This document shows, piece by piece, positions 1 through 7,653 of a stretch of DNA of 24,314 nucleotides. The notes below the pieces were generated by a model. That model did not search any database, had not been told where the DNA came from, and was given only the letters and a program-made list of their open reading frames with translations. The stretch comes from a bacterium. GTDB taxonomy: Bacteria > Eisenbacteria > RBG-16-71-46. The translations under genes and the position numbers were made by a program. The stretch spans positions 1-24,314 of the forward strand of contig JAYWEM010000074.1 in the NCBI GenBank assembly GCA_043779265.1. Reading direction: 5' to 3'. Position 1 is the first letter of the stretch; each line of letters begins with the position of its first letter.

Positions 1-2
1 GC

Positions 3-467
3 CTCGCTGCGACGGTCGATCGTCGCGGTGCCACGGGCTCGTGGCAGCCGCTCGGGCCCGCGATGGCAACGGGCGCCGATGCGCTGACGTTCGAGGACCG
101 CGACGTCGTGCCGGGAGAGCGTCTCGCCTACCGACTCGGCTACCTCGAGGATGGCCAACTGAGGCACACCGCCGAGCACTGGCTCGACGTGCCGCGTGCC
201 GCGGTGCTCGCGCTCGCGGGGTTCGCGCCCAACCCCTCACCGCGCGGCGCCAGCGTCGCGTTCACGCTGCCCGACGACTCACCCGCCACGCTCGAGGTGC
301 ACGACATCGCCGGGCGGCTGGTGATGCGCCGCGACGTCGGCGCACTGGGAGCAGGACGCCATGTGGTCGCGTTCGGCTCCGACGCCCGCCTCGACTCCGG
401 CATGTACCTCATCCGCCTGAGGAGCGCCGCGGGGCAGCGCGTCGCGCGCGGCGTGGTGATGGACTGA
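3..467 (+). CDS. 3' end (partial, 5'-truncated by window) of a secreted protein with a C-terminal FlgD-Ig / T9SS-type-A-like sorting domain
   Basis: Frame open from the window edge to TGA at 465-467. C-terminus 'GFAPNPSPRGASVAFTLP..ATLEVHDIAGRLV..GRHVV..LDSGMYLIRL' matches the PNP...YD..GR.V...SG.Y pattern of this domain. Confidence 0.75.
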   Translation, partial: LAATVDRRGATGSWQPLGPAMATGADALTFEDRDVVPGERLAYRLGYLEDGQLRHTAEHWLDVPRAAVLALAGFAPNPSPRGASVAFTLPDDSPATLEVHDIAGRLVMRRDVGALGAGRHVVAFGSDARLDSGMYLIRLRSAAGQRVARGVVMD

Positions 468-496
468 CGCATCGTCGCCGAGCAGCCTGTGCCCGA

Positions 497-1526
497 ACTG
501 GATAGGGGAGCGCGGGTTCGCCCCGCGCTTCCCCTCCCACACCACCGGACATGCGGGTCCGCATCCGGCGGTTCGATGGTTCAGCGGCCGACGAGGCGGG
601 GTACGCCGAGTCGGTCGAAGTACGAAGGTCGGCAGAGCGGTCTGAGTGCCTCCGTGTGCGGCCATCGCCCACCAGCGGCGAGCGTGGGCCGCGAGTGCGC
701 GGGTGTACACGTTCAGGTCGTCGGCGTGGCGAGCGAACTGGAGGCCCCGCCTCTCCAGTGCCTTGTCCACGTCATCCAACAGCACGTTGGCCAGCAGTGG
801 CGACAGTGGCCCGCCTTGCGGCGTGCCCTCGTGTCGTTCCACCGTCACGCCGTCGGCCAGCACTCCGGCCACGAGGTAGCGGCGGATCGGTCCCAGCACG
901 CGTCGGTCCGCGAGGCGCCGCGACAGTCGCTCCATCGGCACGTCGTGGTTCACCCGGTCGAAGAACTTCGCCAGGTCCACGTCGGCCACCCAGCGCAGCC
1001 CCGACTGGATGTGGCGATGCGCGGAACGCACCGCATCGTGCGCGCTGCGCCCCGGTCGGAAGCCGCGGCTGTGTTCGGAGAACGTCGGGTCGGACTGCGG
1101 CTGCAATGTCTGAAGAAGGCACTGCTGGATGAACCGGTCCAGCACCGTCGGGATGCCGAGTCGCCTCGTGCCCCCGCCGGGCTTGGGGATGTCGTGCCGC
1201 CTCACCGGTTGCGGCTGATAGGTGCCCGCGAGCAGTTGCTCCCGGATGCCATCCCAGTGCGTCCCCAGATACGTCGACAGTTCACCCACGGTCATCCCGT
1301 CCACGCCGGGACCGCCCCTCTTCTGCTTCACACGTTTCAGCGCCGCGAGCGCGTTCGTGCTGCTCGGCTCCGCCTCATATCCGGTTTCTATTCGTCGGCC
1401 CGTCGGTTCGTTTCCCGCTTCCTCCGGACGCTCCCTCGCGGTCACGCCCTTGCGGTTCCCCTGGGTCCCTGTGACCAGGTCCTCGGAGGACTTCCACCTC
1501 CAAGTCAGCGCCCGTGCTGGGCGTAC
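497..1526 (-). mobile_element. Group II intron, bacterial class C (IIC), internally deleted and degenerate
   Basis: Minus strand begins GTACGCCCAGCACGGGCG at 1526 (GUGYG-like IIC 5' end). Domain V GAACCGCCGGATGCGGACCCGCATGTCCGGTGGTG (about 574-540) has the IIC CGC triad. Domain VI GGGGAAGCGCGGGGCGAACCCGCGCTCCCCTATCCAGT ends about 497. An RT remnant lies between, and the insertion sits just downstream of a terminator hairpin. Confidence 0.9.
581..1365 (-). pseudogene. ltrA: Group II intron reverse transcriptase/maturase, pseudogene
   Basis: RT motifs ALKRVK..GGPGVDG, IPKPGGGTRRLGIPTVLDR, GFRPGRSAHDA, DLAKFFDRVNHD and GTPQGGPLSPLLAN are present. Catalytic YADD reads HADD (717-728). No native start. 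RT6/7 and most of the thumb are missing after NVYTR. A frameshift near 625 precedes the natural C-terminus SYFDRLGVPRLVGR* (stop 581-583). Confidence 0.85.
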
Positions 1527-1564
1527 GAACGAAGCGGCCGCCCGGCAGGAGCCGGACGGCCGCT
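1527..1564 (-). terminator. Rho-independent terminator-like hairpin of the FHA/kinase operon; IIC intron target site
   Basis: Minus strand AGCGGCCGTCCGGC-TCCT-GCCGGGCGGCCGCT (14-bp stem, one G-U) then TCGTTC and the intron 5' end; about 20 nt after the stop at 1584. Confidence 0.8.
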
Positions 1565-1583
1565 CGGAATCGGTGGAGTCCCC

Positions 1584-1949
1584 TCAGCGAGGGGCACCCG
1601 CGTCGATCCACGCGATGATGACCTCGGGCTCTCCGGCCTTGAGGAACTGGCGCATCGATCCGGTGCCTCCGACGTAGAACCGGATGTTGTTCCGATTCGC
1701 GAACACCACGTCGTAGTCACTCCAATCGGGGAGGGTGGTTCCCGCATGGTGACAACTGGTGCACCCGGTCGGCTGGGTGCCCTCGGAACGATCCGCGATC
1801 AGGTGCTGGATCGTGTTCGTGTACGTGACGGGCCCCGTGACCGGTGCGTTGAGGATCTTGTCCTCGCGGCCGCATGAAACCGTGGCCAGGGCGATGGGCA
1901 GGGCGACGAGCAGCGCGGCCGCCGTGCGACGCAAGTTGGTTCCGGGCAT
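1584..1949 (-). CDS. Monoheme c-type cytochrome lipoprotein (121 aa)
   Basis: GAGGAG SD before ATG 1949. Signal peptide with lipobox-like ATVS-C. Heme motif CTSCH, candidate distal Met (GSMR), and a 'VTY...IQ.LI...C..CH...IIAWIDAGAP' pattern. Confidence 0.75.
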   Translation of the reverse strand: MPGTNLRRTAAALLVALPIALATVSCGREDKILNAPVTGPVTYTNTIQHLIADRSEGTQPTGCTSCHHAGTTLPDWSDYDVVFANRNNIRFYVGGTGSMRQFLKAGEPEVIIAWIDAGAPR

Positions 1950-1980
1950 GTTCGACTCTCCTCGGTTCGCGGTACGCATG

Positions 1981-3048
1981 TCAGTAGCCGATGTAGGCGC
2001 GCACACCGATCTGCGCGGCCAGGCCTGAGAAGTCGACACTGCGATCACCCAGCAGCGACTGGGGGAAGGACTCGTAGACCTCGAAATCGTCGCGGGGCCA
2101 CTCGAGCGCCCCGGAGTTCGCGCGTCGGCCGGACACCCGGCCCGCCACGGCGAATCGCGGGCTCATGAACACCTCGGCCTCGGCTCCGACTTGGAAATAG
2201 AGCCCGATCGCCTCGCCGAGCAACTGCGTCGGGATGAGGCGGCCCGAGACGAGCGAGCGTTCGAACTCGAGCGTCGCTTCGCTGGAGACGAGCCCAGCGC
2301 CCGCGAACACCGAATAGTGGAGCTTGGGATTGTCCCCGAAGTGGTACAGCAGCGTCGCGACGACCGGCGTGGCCGTCGTCGTGTAGCTCGCATGGGAGTT
2401 GCGGACCTCGGGCAGCTTGTCGGAGGTGACGCTGCGCAGGCGCGACATCTCGAGCTCGAACGACCAGCGCGGCTTGAGCGGGAATCGCACGGAGATCCCG
2501 AACTCACCGCTGCCCTCGAAGTCCTCCGCCTCGGCGACGCCGGCGCTGCTCGCGAGGTCCACGAAGTCCTGATGCACTCCCTGCCCCTTGCCGAAGAAAG
2601 CGCCGATGCTCGACGGGTAGCGCTTGCCGGCCTCGACCTGCTCCGCCTTGAACTCGCGAAGCGCCAGATCGAACACCTCCATCTCATCGGGCGGCACCTG
2701 CAGCGCGTCGAGACGGAAGTTCGCGTCGCTCCTGAGCACGGCCTTGTGCAGTTCCTTCGCCTCCAGTCGGCGTCCGAGCTTGGCGAGACAGCGAGCGCGC
2801 AGGGCGCGGCCGGCATTGAGGTCATCGCCCGTGATGCGACCGTCGCGGAGCGCTTCCGCGAGCAGATTCGATGCCTCCTGGAACTTGGACTCCACGTAGA
2901 ACGCCCGAGCCTGCTCGAGCGCCGAGGACGTGACCATGGGTCTCGCTGCCGTCGCAGCGGGCTTCGAGCCCTGAGCCAGCGCGGCCGGTGGCGCCGCGCT
3001 CAGGGAGAGGGCACAGAGCGTGCCTGTGACCATGCGGCGGATGGACAT
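1981..3048 (-). CDS. Secreted TPR-like helical domain + outer-membrane beta-barrel protein (paralog 3)
   Basis: GAGGAGG SD, signal peptide, helical domain 'ALEQARAFY..ARCLAKLG..DANFRLDALQVPPDE', about 8 amphipathic beta-strands, C-terminal aromatic beta-signal GVRAYIGY. Confidence 0.8.
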   Translation of the reverse strand: MSIRRMVTGTLCALSLSAAPPAALAQGSKPAATAARPMVTSSALEQARAFYVESKFQEASNLLAEALRDGRITGDDLNAGRALRARCLAKLGRRLEAKELHKAVLRSDANFRLDALQVPPDEMEVFDLALREFKAEQVEAGKRYPSSIGAFFGKGQGVHQDFVDLASSAGVAEAEDFEGSGEFGISVRFPLKPRWSFELEMSRLRSVTSDKLPEVRNSHASYTTTATPVVATLLYHFGDNPKLHYSVFAGAGLVSSEATLEFERSLVSGRLIPTQLLGEAIGLYFQVGAEAEVFMSPRFAVAGRVSGRRANSGALEWPRDDFEVYESFPQSLLGDRSVDFSGLAAQIGVRAYIGY

Positions 3049-3069
3049 ATCGCCTCCTCAAGTGAGGGG

Positions 3070-3104
3070 AAAGCAACAGGCCGCCCCCAGTGGAGGGAGC
3101 GGCC
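3070..3104 (-). terminator. Intra-operon hairpin with U-rich tail (terminator or attenuator)
   Basis: Minus strand GGCCGCTCCC-TCCACT-GGGGGCGGCC followed by TGTTGCTTT, in the 70-bp gap between barrel paralogs 2 and 3. Confidence 0.55.
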
Positions 3105-3118
3105 CGTGGGGGAAGGGA

Positions 3119-4141
3119 TCAGTAACCGACGTAGCCGCGAACCCCGATCGAGAACGCGATCCCCGAGAAGTCGAGGTCACGATTGCCGATGCTCGTGCCG
3201 GGGGCGTACTGCGTGAAGTCGGAGCCGTCGAACATGTCCGTGGCCTTCGCGGATCGCAGGATCAGCCGCCCGTTGAGCGACAGCTTGGGATTCAGGAGGT
3301 ACTCCCCCTCGACACCGCCGTGCAGATAGGTCCCCACCTTCGAGTCGGTGACCCGGAGCGCGATGCTCGAGAAGAAGAGGAACTTGTCGGCGGCGTAGGC
3401 ATTGAGCATCGGGCCTCCACCGAGGAACGCACTCGCACGGAACTTCTCGGAATCGCGGATCAGCCAGTGCAGGCTCACGACCATCGGCAGCGCCGAAAGC
3501 TCGTACTCCGCCGTGCGGCCACCCGTGGCCGAGTCGCTGTTCGTGGCATTGAAGCGCTGCAGTTCGAGATCGAGCGACAGTCGCGGACGCAACGGGAAGC
3601 GGACGCCGATCCCGAACATGCCCTTGTTATCGAACGTCTCGGAGCCGCCGCCGAACGCGACGTACTCGCCGAAGTCCTTGTTGTCGCCGCTGCCGATGCC
3701 ATAGAAGAGTCCGATACTCGCCGGCAGCCGCTGGCTCGAGCGAAGCTGCTCGGCATCGAACAGACGCTTGGCCGCCTCATACGCGAACATCTCATCGGCC
3801 GGGACGCGTAGCGCGTCAGGACGATACAGCGGGTCCTGGCGCAGCAGGCTGAGGAACGTGCGCCGGGAGCCGGCCTCGTCACCAGCCTTGGTCTGGCAGC
3901 GAGCCAGTAACTCCTTGGCAGCGATCACATCACCGCCGATGACCCTCCCGGATGCGATGGCCTCCTGCAGCGCGGCCGCCGCTTCGGTGAACTGGCCGGA
4001 GTCATACAGGCGCTGGGCGGCAGCGAGATCCGATGCCTGCGCCTGCGCCGATCCCGGCGAGAGATACGTGGGTCCGCCGGCCAGCGGGGCGATCGATGCC
4101 CCGAGCACGAGCAGCAGGACCTTGAATGAATGGCACTTCAT
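3119..4141 (-). CDS. Secreted TPR-like helical domain + outer-membrane beta-barrel protein (paralog 2)
   Basis: Start reassigned to ATG 4141 (GGAGG SD, MKCHSFKVLLLVLG signal peptide). Same architecture as neighbours; ends GVRGYVGY. Confidence 0.8.
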   Translation of the reverse strand: MKCHSFKVLLLVLGASIAPLAGGPTYLSPGSAQAQASDLAAAQRLYDSGQFTEAAAALQEAIASGRVIGGDVIAAKELLARCQTKAGDEAGSRRTFLSLLRQDPLYRPDALRVPADEMFAYEAAKRLFDAEQLRSSQRLPASIGLFYGIGSGDNKDFGEYVAFGGGSETFDNKGMFGIGVRFPLRPRLSLDLELQRFNATNSDSATGGRTAEYELSALPMVVSLHWLIRDSEKFRASAFLGGGPMLNAYAADKFLFFSSIALRVTDSKVGTYLHGGVEGEYLLNPKLSLNGRLILRSAKATDMFDGSDFTQYAPGTSIGNRDLDFSGIAFSIGVRGYVGY

Positions 4142-4161
4142 GGGTCGCCTCCGTGTCGGGG

Positions 4162-5193
4162 TCAATAGCCGATGTACGCGCGCAGACCGATGGTCGCCGC
4201 GAATCCGCTGAAATCGATCTCGCGGCCCTTGAGCGTGGCCACGCCGTAGGCGTCGAACGAGAAGTCGTCGAGCAGCCCGCTCGCTTTGGCCGAGCGTCCC
4301 ATGAAGCGACCGCTGAGCGAGAGCTTCTGAGTCATCATGAGCTCGGTCTCGAACCCACCATGGAAGTACGAGCCGTTCTTCTGGCCGCTCACGTTCAGCG
4401 GAGAGCCGCCGAAGTCGCCGAATTCGATCTTGGCGATGCCCGTCAGGAGCGGTCCACCGCCCGCGAACGCGTACATGCGGAATCGCTGGCCGGTGAAGAT
4501 CGCCTGATACAGGCTGATCGAGAGTGGCAACGCCGACATCTCATAACGCGTGTCGTTGGGCGGCGCATTGCCGTCGACGTTCGTGGCCCGGAAGCGCTGG
4601 AGTTCGAGTTCGATCGACGTGCGGGGCCGAAGCGGGAAACGCACCGAACCGCCGAACTGGTTCTTGTTGTCGAACTTCTTCTCACCCCCACCGGCGACGA
4701 CGATCTCACCCATGTCCTCGTTGTCGCCCTTGCCGGTGCCGAATGAGAAGCCGAGGCTCGCCGGGGCGCGCTCGCCGGCCTGGACCTCCTCGGCCGTCAC
4801 CTCGCGCAGCGCCATCTGGAACACCTCCTGCTCGTCCGGAGGCACGGTCGCGTTGTCCGGCCGATAGCCCGTGAACTGCCGCAGCACGCCCTTGAAGGCC
4901 TCCTTGGCCTCGACGCGATTGCCGGCACGCACGAGGCAGCGTGCGATCAGTTCGCGAGCCGATCGCACGTCGCGACCGCTGATGCCACCACTCGCGAGGG
5001 CTGCTCTCAGCTGCGTCAGCGCCTCGGCGAAGCGCGATTCGTCATAGAGCGCCCGAGCCGCAGCGAGCGTCTCACTCGATGAACTCACCTGCGCGAGAGC
5101 GACTCCGCTCTGAACGGATGCCGCGGGTGACATCGCCAGCGTCAGCAACACGAGGCTCGCGATGGACACGCAGCGGGACCACGCGTGACGCAT
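4162..5193 (-). CDS. Secreted TPR-like helical domain + outer-membrane beta-barrel protein (paralog 1)
   Basis: AAGGAGG SD, signal peptide, helical domain 'LAAARALY..ARELIARCL..YRPDNATVPPDE', barrel strands 'VRFPLRPRTSIELELQRF'; ends GLRAYIGY. Confidence 0.8.
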   Translation of the reverse strand: MRHAWSRCVSIASLVLLTLAMSPAASVQSGVALAQVSSSSETLAAARALYDESRFAEALTQLRAALASGGISGRDVRSARELIARCLVRAGNRVEAKEAFKGVLRQFTGYRPDNATVPPDEQEVFQMALREVTAEEVQAGERAPASLGFSFGTGKGDNEDMGEIVVAGGGEKKFDNKNQFGGSVRFPLRPRTSIELELQRFRATNVDGNAPPNDTRYEMSALPLSISLYQAIFTGQRFRMYAFAGGGPLLTGIAKIEFGDFGGSPLNVSGQKNGSYFHGGFETELMMTQKLSLSGRFMGRSAKASGLLDDFSFDAYGVATLKGREIDFSGFAATIGLRAYIGY

Positions 5194-5235
5194 GACTCCC
5201 TCCTTGGGGTGTGCCCGGGGATGCCGGGCGGGACG

Positions 5236-7653
5236 TCACTTCTTCTGCTTGAGCTTGAACGCCGTACGCGCTTCCTGACCGGCGCGGACATCCACGGACT
5301 GGGGTCCGCCGTCAACGGTGAAGCCCTCGCGGACGAGACTGATGGTATGCGAACCGGGCAGCACACCCTCGAGCACCGCCGGGGTCGTCTTGCCCGTCCG
5401 TTCGCCGTTCAGGTAGATCTCCGCCCAGCCGCCCGAGCTGCTCACTGCGATCGAGCCCGAGGCCGCAGCGAGGAAGTCATGCGAGACCTCCTTGCGTTCT
5501 CCGGAGTCGAGGTCGACGGTGATGTCCTTGTTGCCGAGCGAGGGGTGGGTCAGACGGATCTTGTGGGTGCCGGGCCGGAGCTGGACCGTGAACTGCTTCT
5601 TGTTCTGATCCTTGGTCTCGCCATCGACGATGAAGTCCTGGGCGAACGGCGAGACGCGAACCACCAGCGTCGCCGGCGCGCTTCCCGTGGAGGGAGTGGG
5701 CGTGACGGGCGGCGGCGGCGCCTTCGCGGCACGGGCGCTGTCGCGCGAGGCGATGGCCGAGCGAGCGGCGTCGTAGATCCGGCGATCGAGCCCGGTGAGG
5801 CCCGCGGGCTCCGGAGCGAAGCGTGAATCCCGTGCGATCAGATCCTCGTAGGTGCGCTGTGCGTCCCTGGTGCGATTCGCCCCCGCGAATGCGCGCGCCA
5901 GCAGCTCCCGGCCGGTGCGCTGATCGCGCCGTCCGAGCGCGGTGCCCTTGAGGGCGGTCTCGAGCGTGGCGATGGCCTCGGCATGATTGCCCGAGGTGAG
6001 CGAGGCTCGCGCCGCCGCGAGGGGATCGTCGGTCGACTCTGTGCCCGGCGTGGGTGCAGCGGTCGGAGGCGTCAAGTTCGCGGCGCTCGTGTCCACGATG
6101 GCCGGGATGGGATCGGACGTGGCGCCCGGATCGAGCTCGGTGGGGGCCTTGCGGCCCATGCTGAAGACGGCGAACGCGATCACGGCGATGACGAGGATGC
6201 TCGCACCCATCAGGACCGGGTTCAGCCCGCCCTTCTTGGCGGTCGGCTTGGCTGGCGCGGCGGCGCGAGGCGGCGGCGATGCGGCAGCGGCCTTGGGTGA
6301 AGTCGCAGCAGGCGGTTTCGCCGGGGGCGGCGGCGCCTTCGCGACCGGCGTCGCAGGCGTCGCCGACGCAGCGGACGCGGCAGCCATCTGCTCCGGCGTC
6401 ATCACCATCGTGTGATCCTCGGGGCGCGGCGCAGGCGGAGTCGCCGGGGCCCCCGGGGCGCTGGCCGATGGGGGCATCGAAGCTGCCGCCGCCTGCTCGG
6501 GCGTCATCACCATCGTCTGGTCGCCGACTGCGGTCGCGGGCGGAGCGCCTGCTGTCGGCGCAGCCGGCACGTGCGGCACCTGCGACTGCAACGTCTCGCG
6601 CTCGCGCTCCAGCTTCTTCACGTGGTCACGCGCGATGGTGTTGTCCGGGTCGAGATGGAGCACGCGACGGAACTCGAGCAGCGCGTCGTCGATCTTGCCG
6701 CGGCCCATGTTCTCGAAGAAGAGTCCCTGGTCGAGATGGCGGGCGAGCCGCTTGGATCTCCAGCGATCGCCGACTGTCTGCGGATCGACGGCGTACTCGC
6801 GCAGAAGGTCCTTGCCGCGCAGCAGGCTCAGTTGCTCGATCACATCCTCGAACTCCTGACGCACCGCCGCGATCGAGGCGTAGCGCTTGCCGACATCCTT
6901 CTGCAGCATGCCTCGAAGGATGCGTGAGAGTTCCTCGGGCACCAGCGGATTGAAGTGCGTCACGTCGAGCGGCTCGACCGTGAGGATGGAGCGGAGCACG
7001 GTGGAGTAGCTATCGCCCGAGAACGGCCGCTGGCCGCCCAGCAATTCGTAGGCGAGCACACCGGTCGAGAAGATGTCCGAGCGCTCATCGACGACCTCGC
7101 CCGTCGCCTGCTCGGGCGACATGTAGGCGGGGGTCCCCATGACCGAACCCACCATCGTCATCTGAGTCGAAGTCTCACTGCCCGAACGCGCCAGACCGAA
7201 GTCCATGATCTTGATGGTGCCGTCGGGCGTGAGCATGACGTTCGCGGGCTTGATGTCGCGATGGATGATGCGATGCCCGTGCGCGTGCTCGAGGCCGCGG
7301 CAGACGTCGCGGATCATGAGCAGCGCCATCTCGATCGGTGGTGCGCCGTGGGCATCGAGCCACTTGCGCAGATCCATGCCCTCGACGAACTCCATCGCGA
7401 TGTAGGCCACGTCCTCGTGCAGCCCGCAGTCGATGACCTGGATGATGTTCTCGTGCCGCATCATCGCCGCGGCGCGAGCCTCGCGCTCGAAACGCTGCAC
7501 CAGCTTCTCGTCGTCCGCCAGATGCGCGTGGATGATCTTGACCACGACGGGTCGCTGCAGGGACTTCTGGACGGCCAGGAACACCGACGCCATACCGCCG
7601 ACGCCGATCTTCTCCTTGAGCTCGAAGGCCCCGAAGTCCTTGTTCATCGCCAT
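5236..7653 (-). CDS. Hanks-type membrane Ser/Thr kinase: kinase - TPR - Pro/Ala linker - TM - helical domain - 2x PEGA-like
   Basis: IGVGGMASV, VVVK, HRDIKPAN, DFGLAR, GTPAYMSPEQ, SDIFS. TPR 'IDDALLEFRRVLHLDPDN'. TM 'VLMGASILVIAVIAFAVFSM'. PEGA-like 'AEIYLNGERTGKTTP..PGSHTISL'. Confidence 0.95.
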   Translation of the reverse strand: MAMNKDFGAFELKEKIGVGGMASVFLAVQKSLQRPVVVKIIHAHLADDEKLVQRFEREARAAAMMRHENIIQVIDCGLHEDVAYIAMEFVEGMDLRKWLDAHGAPPIEMALLMIRDVCRGLEHAHGHRIIHRDIKPANVMLTPDGTIKIMDFGLARSGSETSTQMTMVGSVMGTPAYMSPEQATGEVVDERSDIFSTGVLAYELLGGQRPFSGDSYSTVLRSILTVEPLDVTHFNPLVPEELSRILRGMLQKDVGKRYASIAAVRQEFEDVIEQLSLLRGKDLLREYAVDPQTVGDRWRSKRLARHLDQGLFFENMGRGKIDDALLEFRRVLHLDPDNTIARDHVKKLERERETLQSQVPHVPAAPTAGAPPATAVGDQTMVMTPEQAAAASMPPSASAPGAPATPPAPRPEDHTMVMTPEQMAAASAASATPATPVAKAPPPPAKPPAATSPKAAAASPPPRAAAPAKPTAKKGGLNPVLMGASILVIAVIAFAVFSMGRKAPTELDPGATSDPIPAIVDTSAANLTPPTAAPTPGTESTDDPLAAARASLTSGNHAEAIATLETALKGTALGRRDQRTGRELLARAFAGANRTRDAQRTYEDLIARDSRFAPEPAGLTGLDRRIYDAARSAIASRDSARAAKAPPPPVTPTPSTGSAPATLVVRVSPFAQDFIVDGETKDQNKKQFTVQLRPGTHKIRLTHPSLGNKDITVDLDSGERKEVSHDFLAAASGSIAVSSSGGWAEIYLNGERTGKTTPAVLEGVLPGSHTISLVREGFTVDGGPQSVDVRAGQEARTAFKLKQKK
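6388..6522 (-). repeat. Two 30-nt direct repeats in the kinase linker encoding D(Q/H)TMVMTPEQ
   Basis: 6388-6417 ctgctccggcgtcatcaccatcgtgtgatc versus 6493-6522 ctgctcgggcgtcatcaccatcgtctggtc (27/30 identical). Confidence 0.85.

Noticed and set aside
279..1445. 388-aa ORF as an intact RT, or as a DGR, retron or defence RT
   Set aside because: Its N-terminus is translated intron RNA and its C-terminus reads through DV/DVI after a frameshift. Motifs and flanks are group IIC. No TR/VR pair or msr/msd was seen.
1981..5193. Barrel paralog 3' ends as DGR variable and template repeats
   Set aside because: Similarity runs along whole proteins and is not adenine-specific, consistent with ordinary tandem duplication.
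6240..6580. GC-rich quasi-repeats as a CRISPR or tandem array
   Set aside because: They encode the kinase Pro/Ala linker. No regularly spaced repeats, cas genes, tRNA or rRNA were recognised anywhere in the window.
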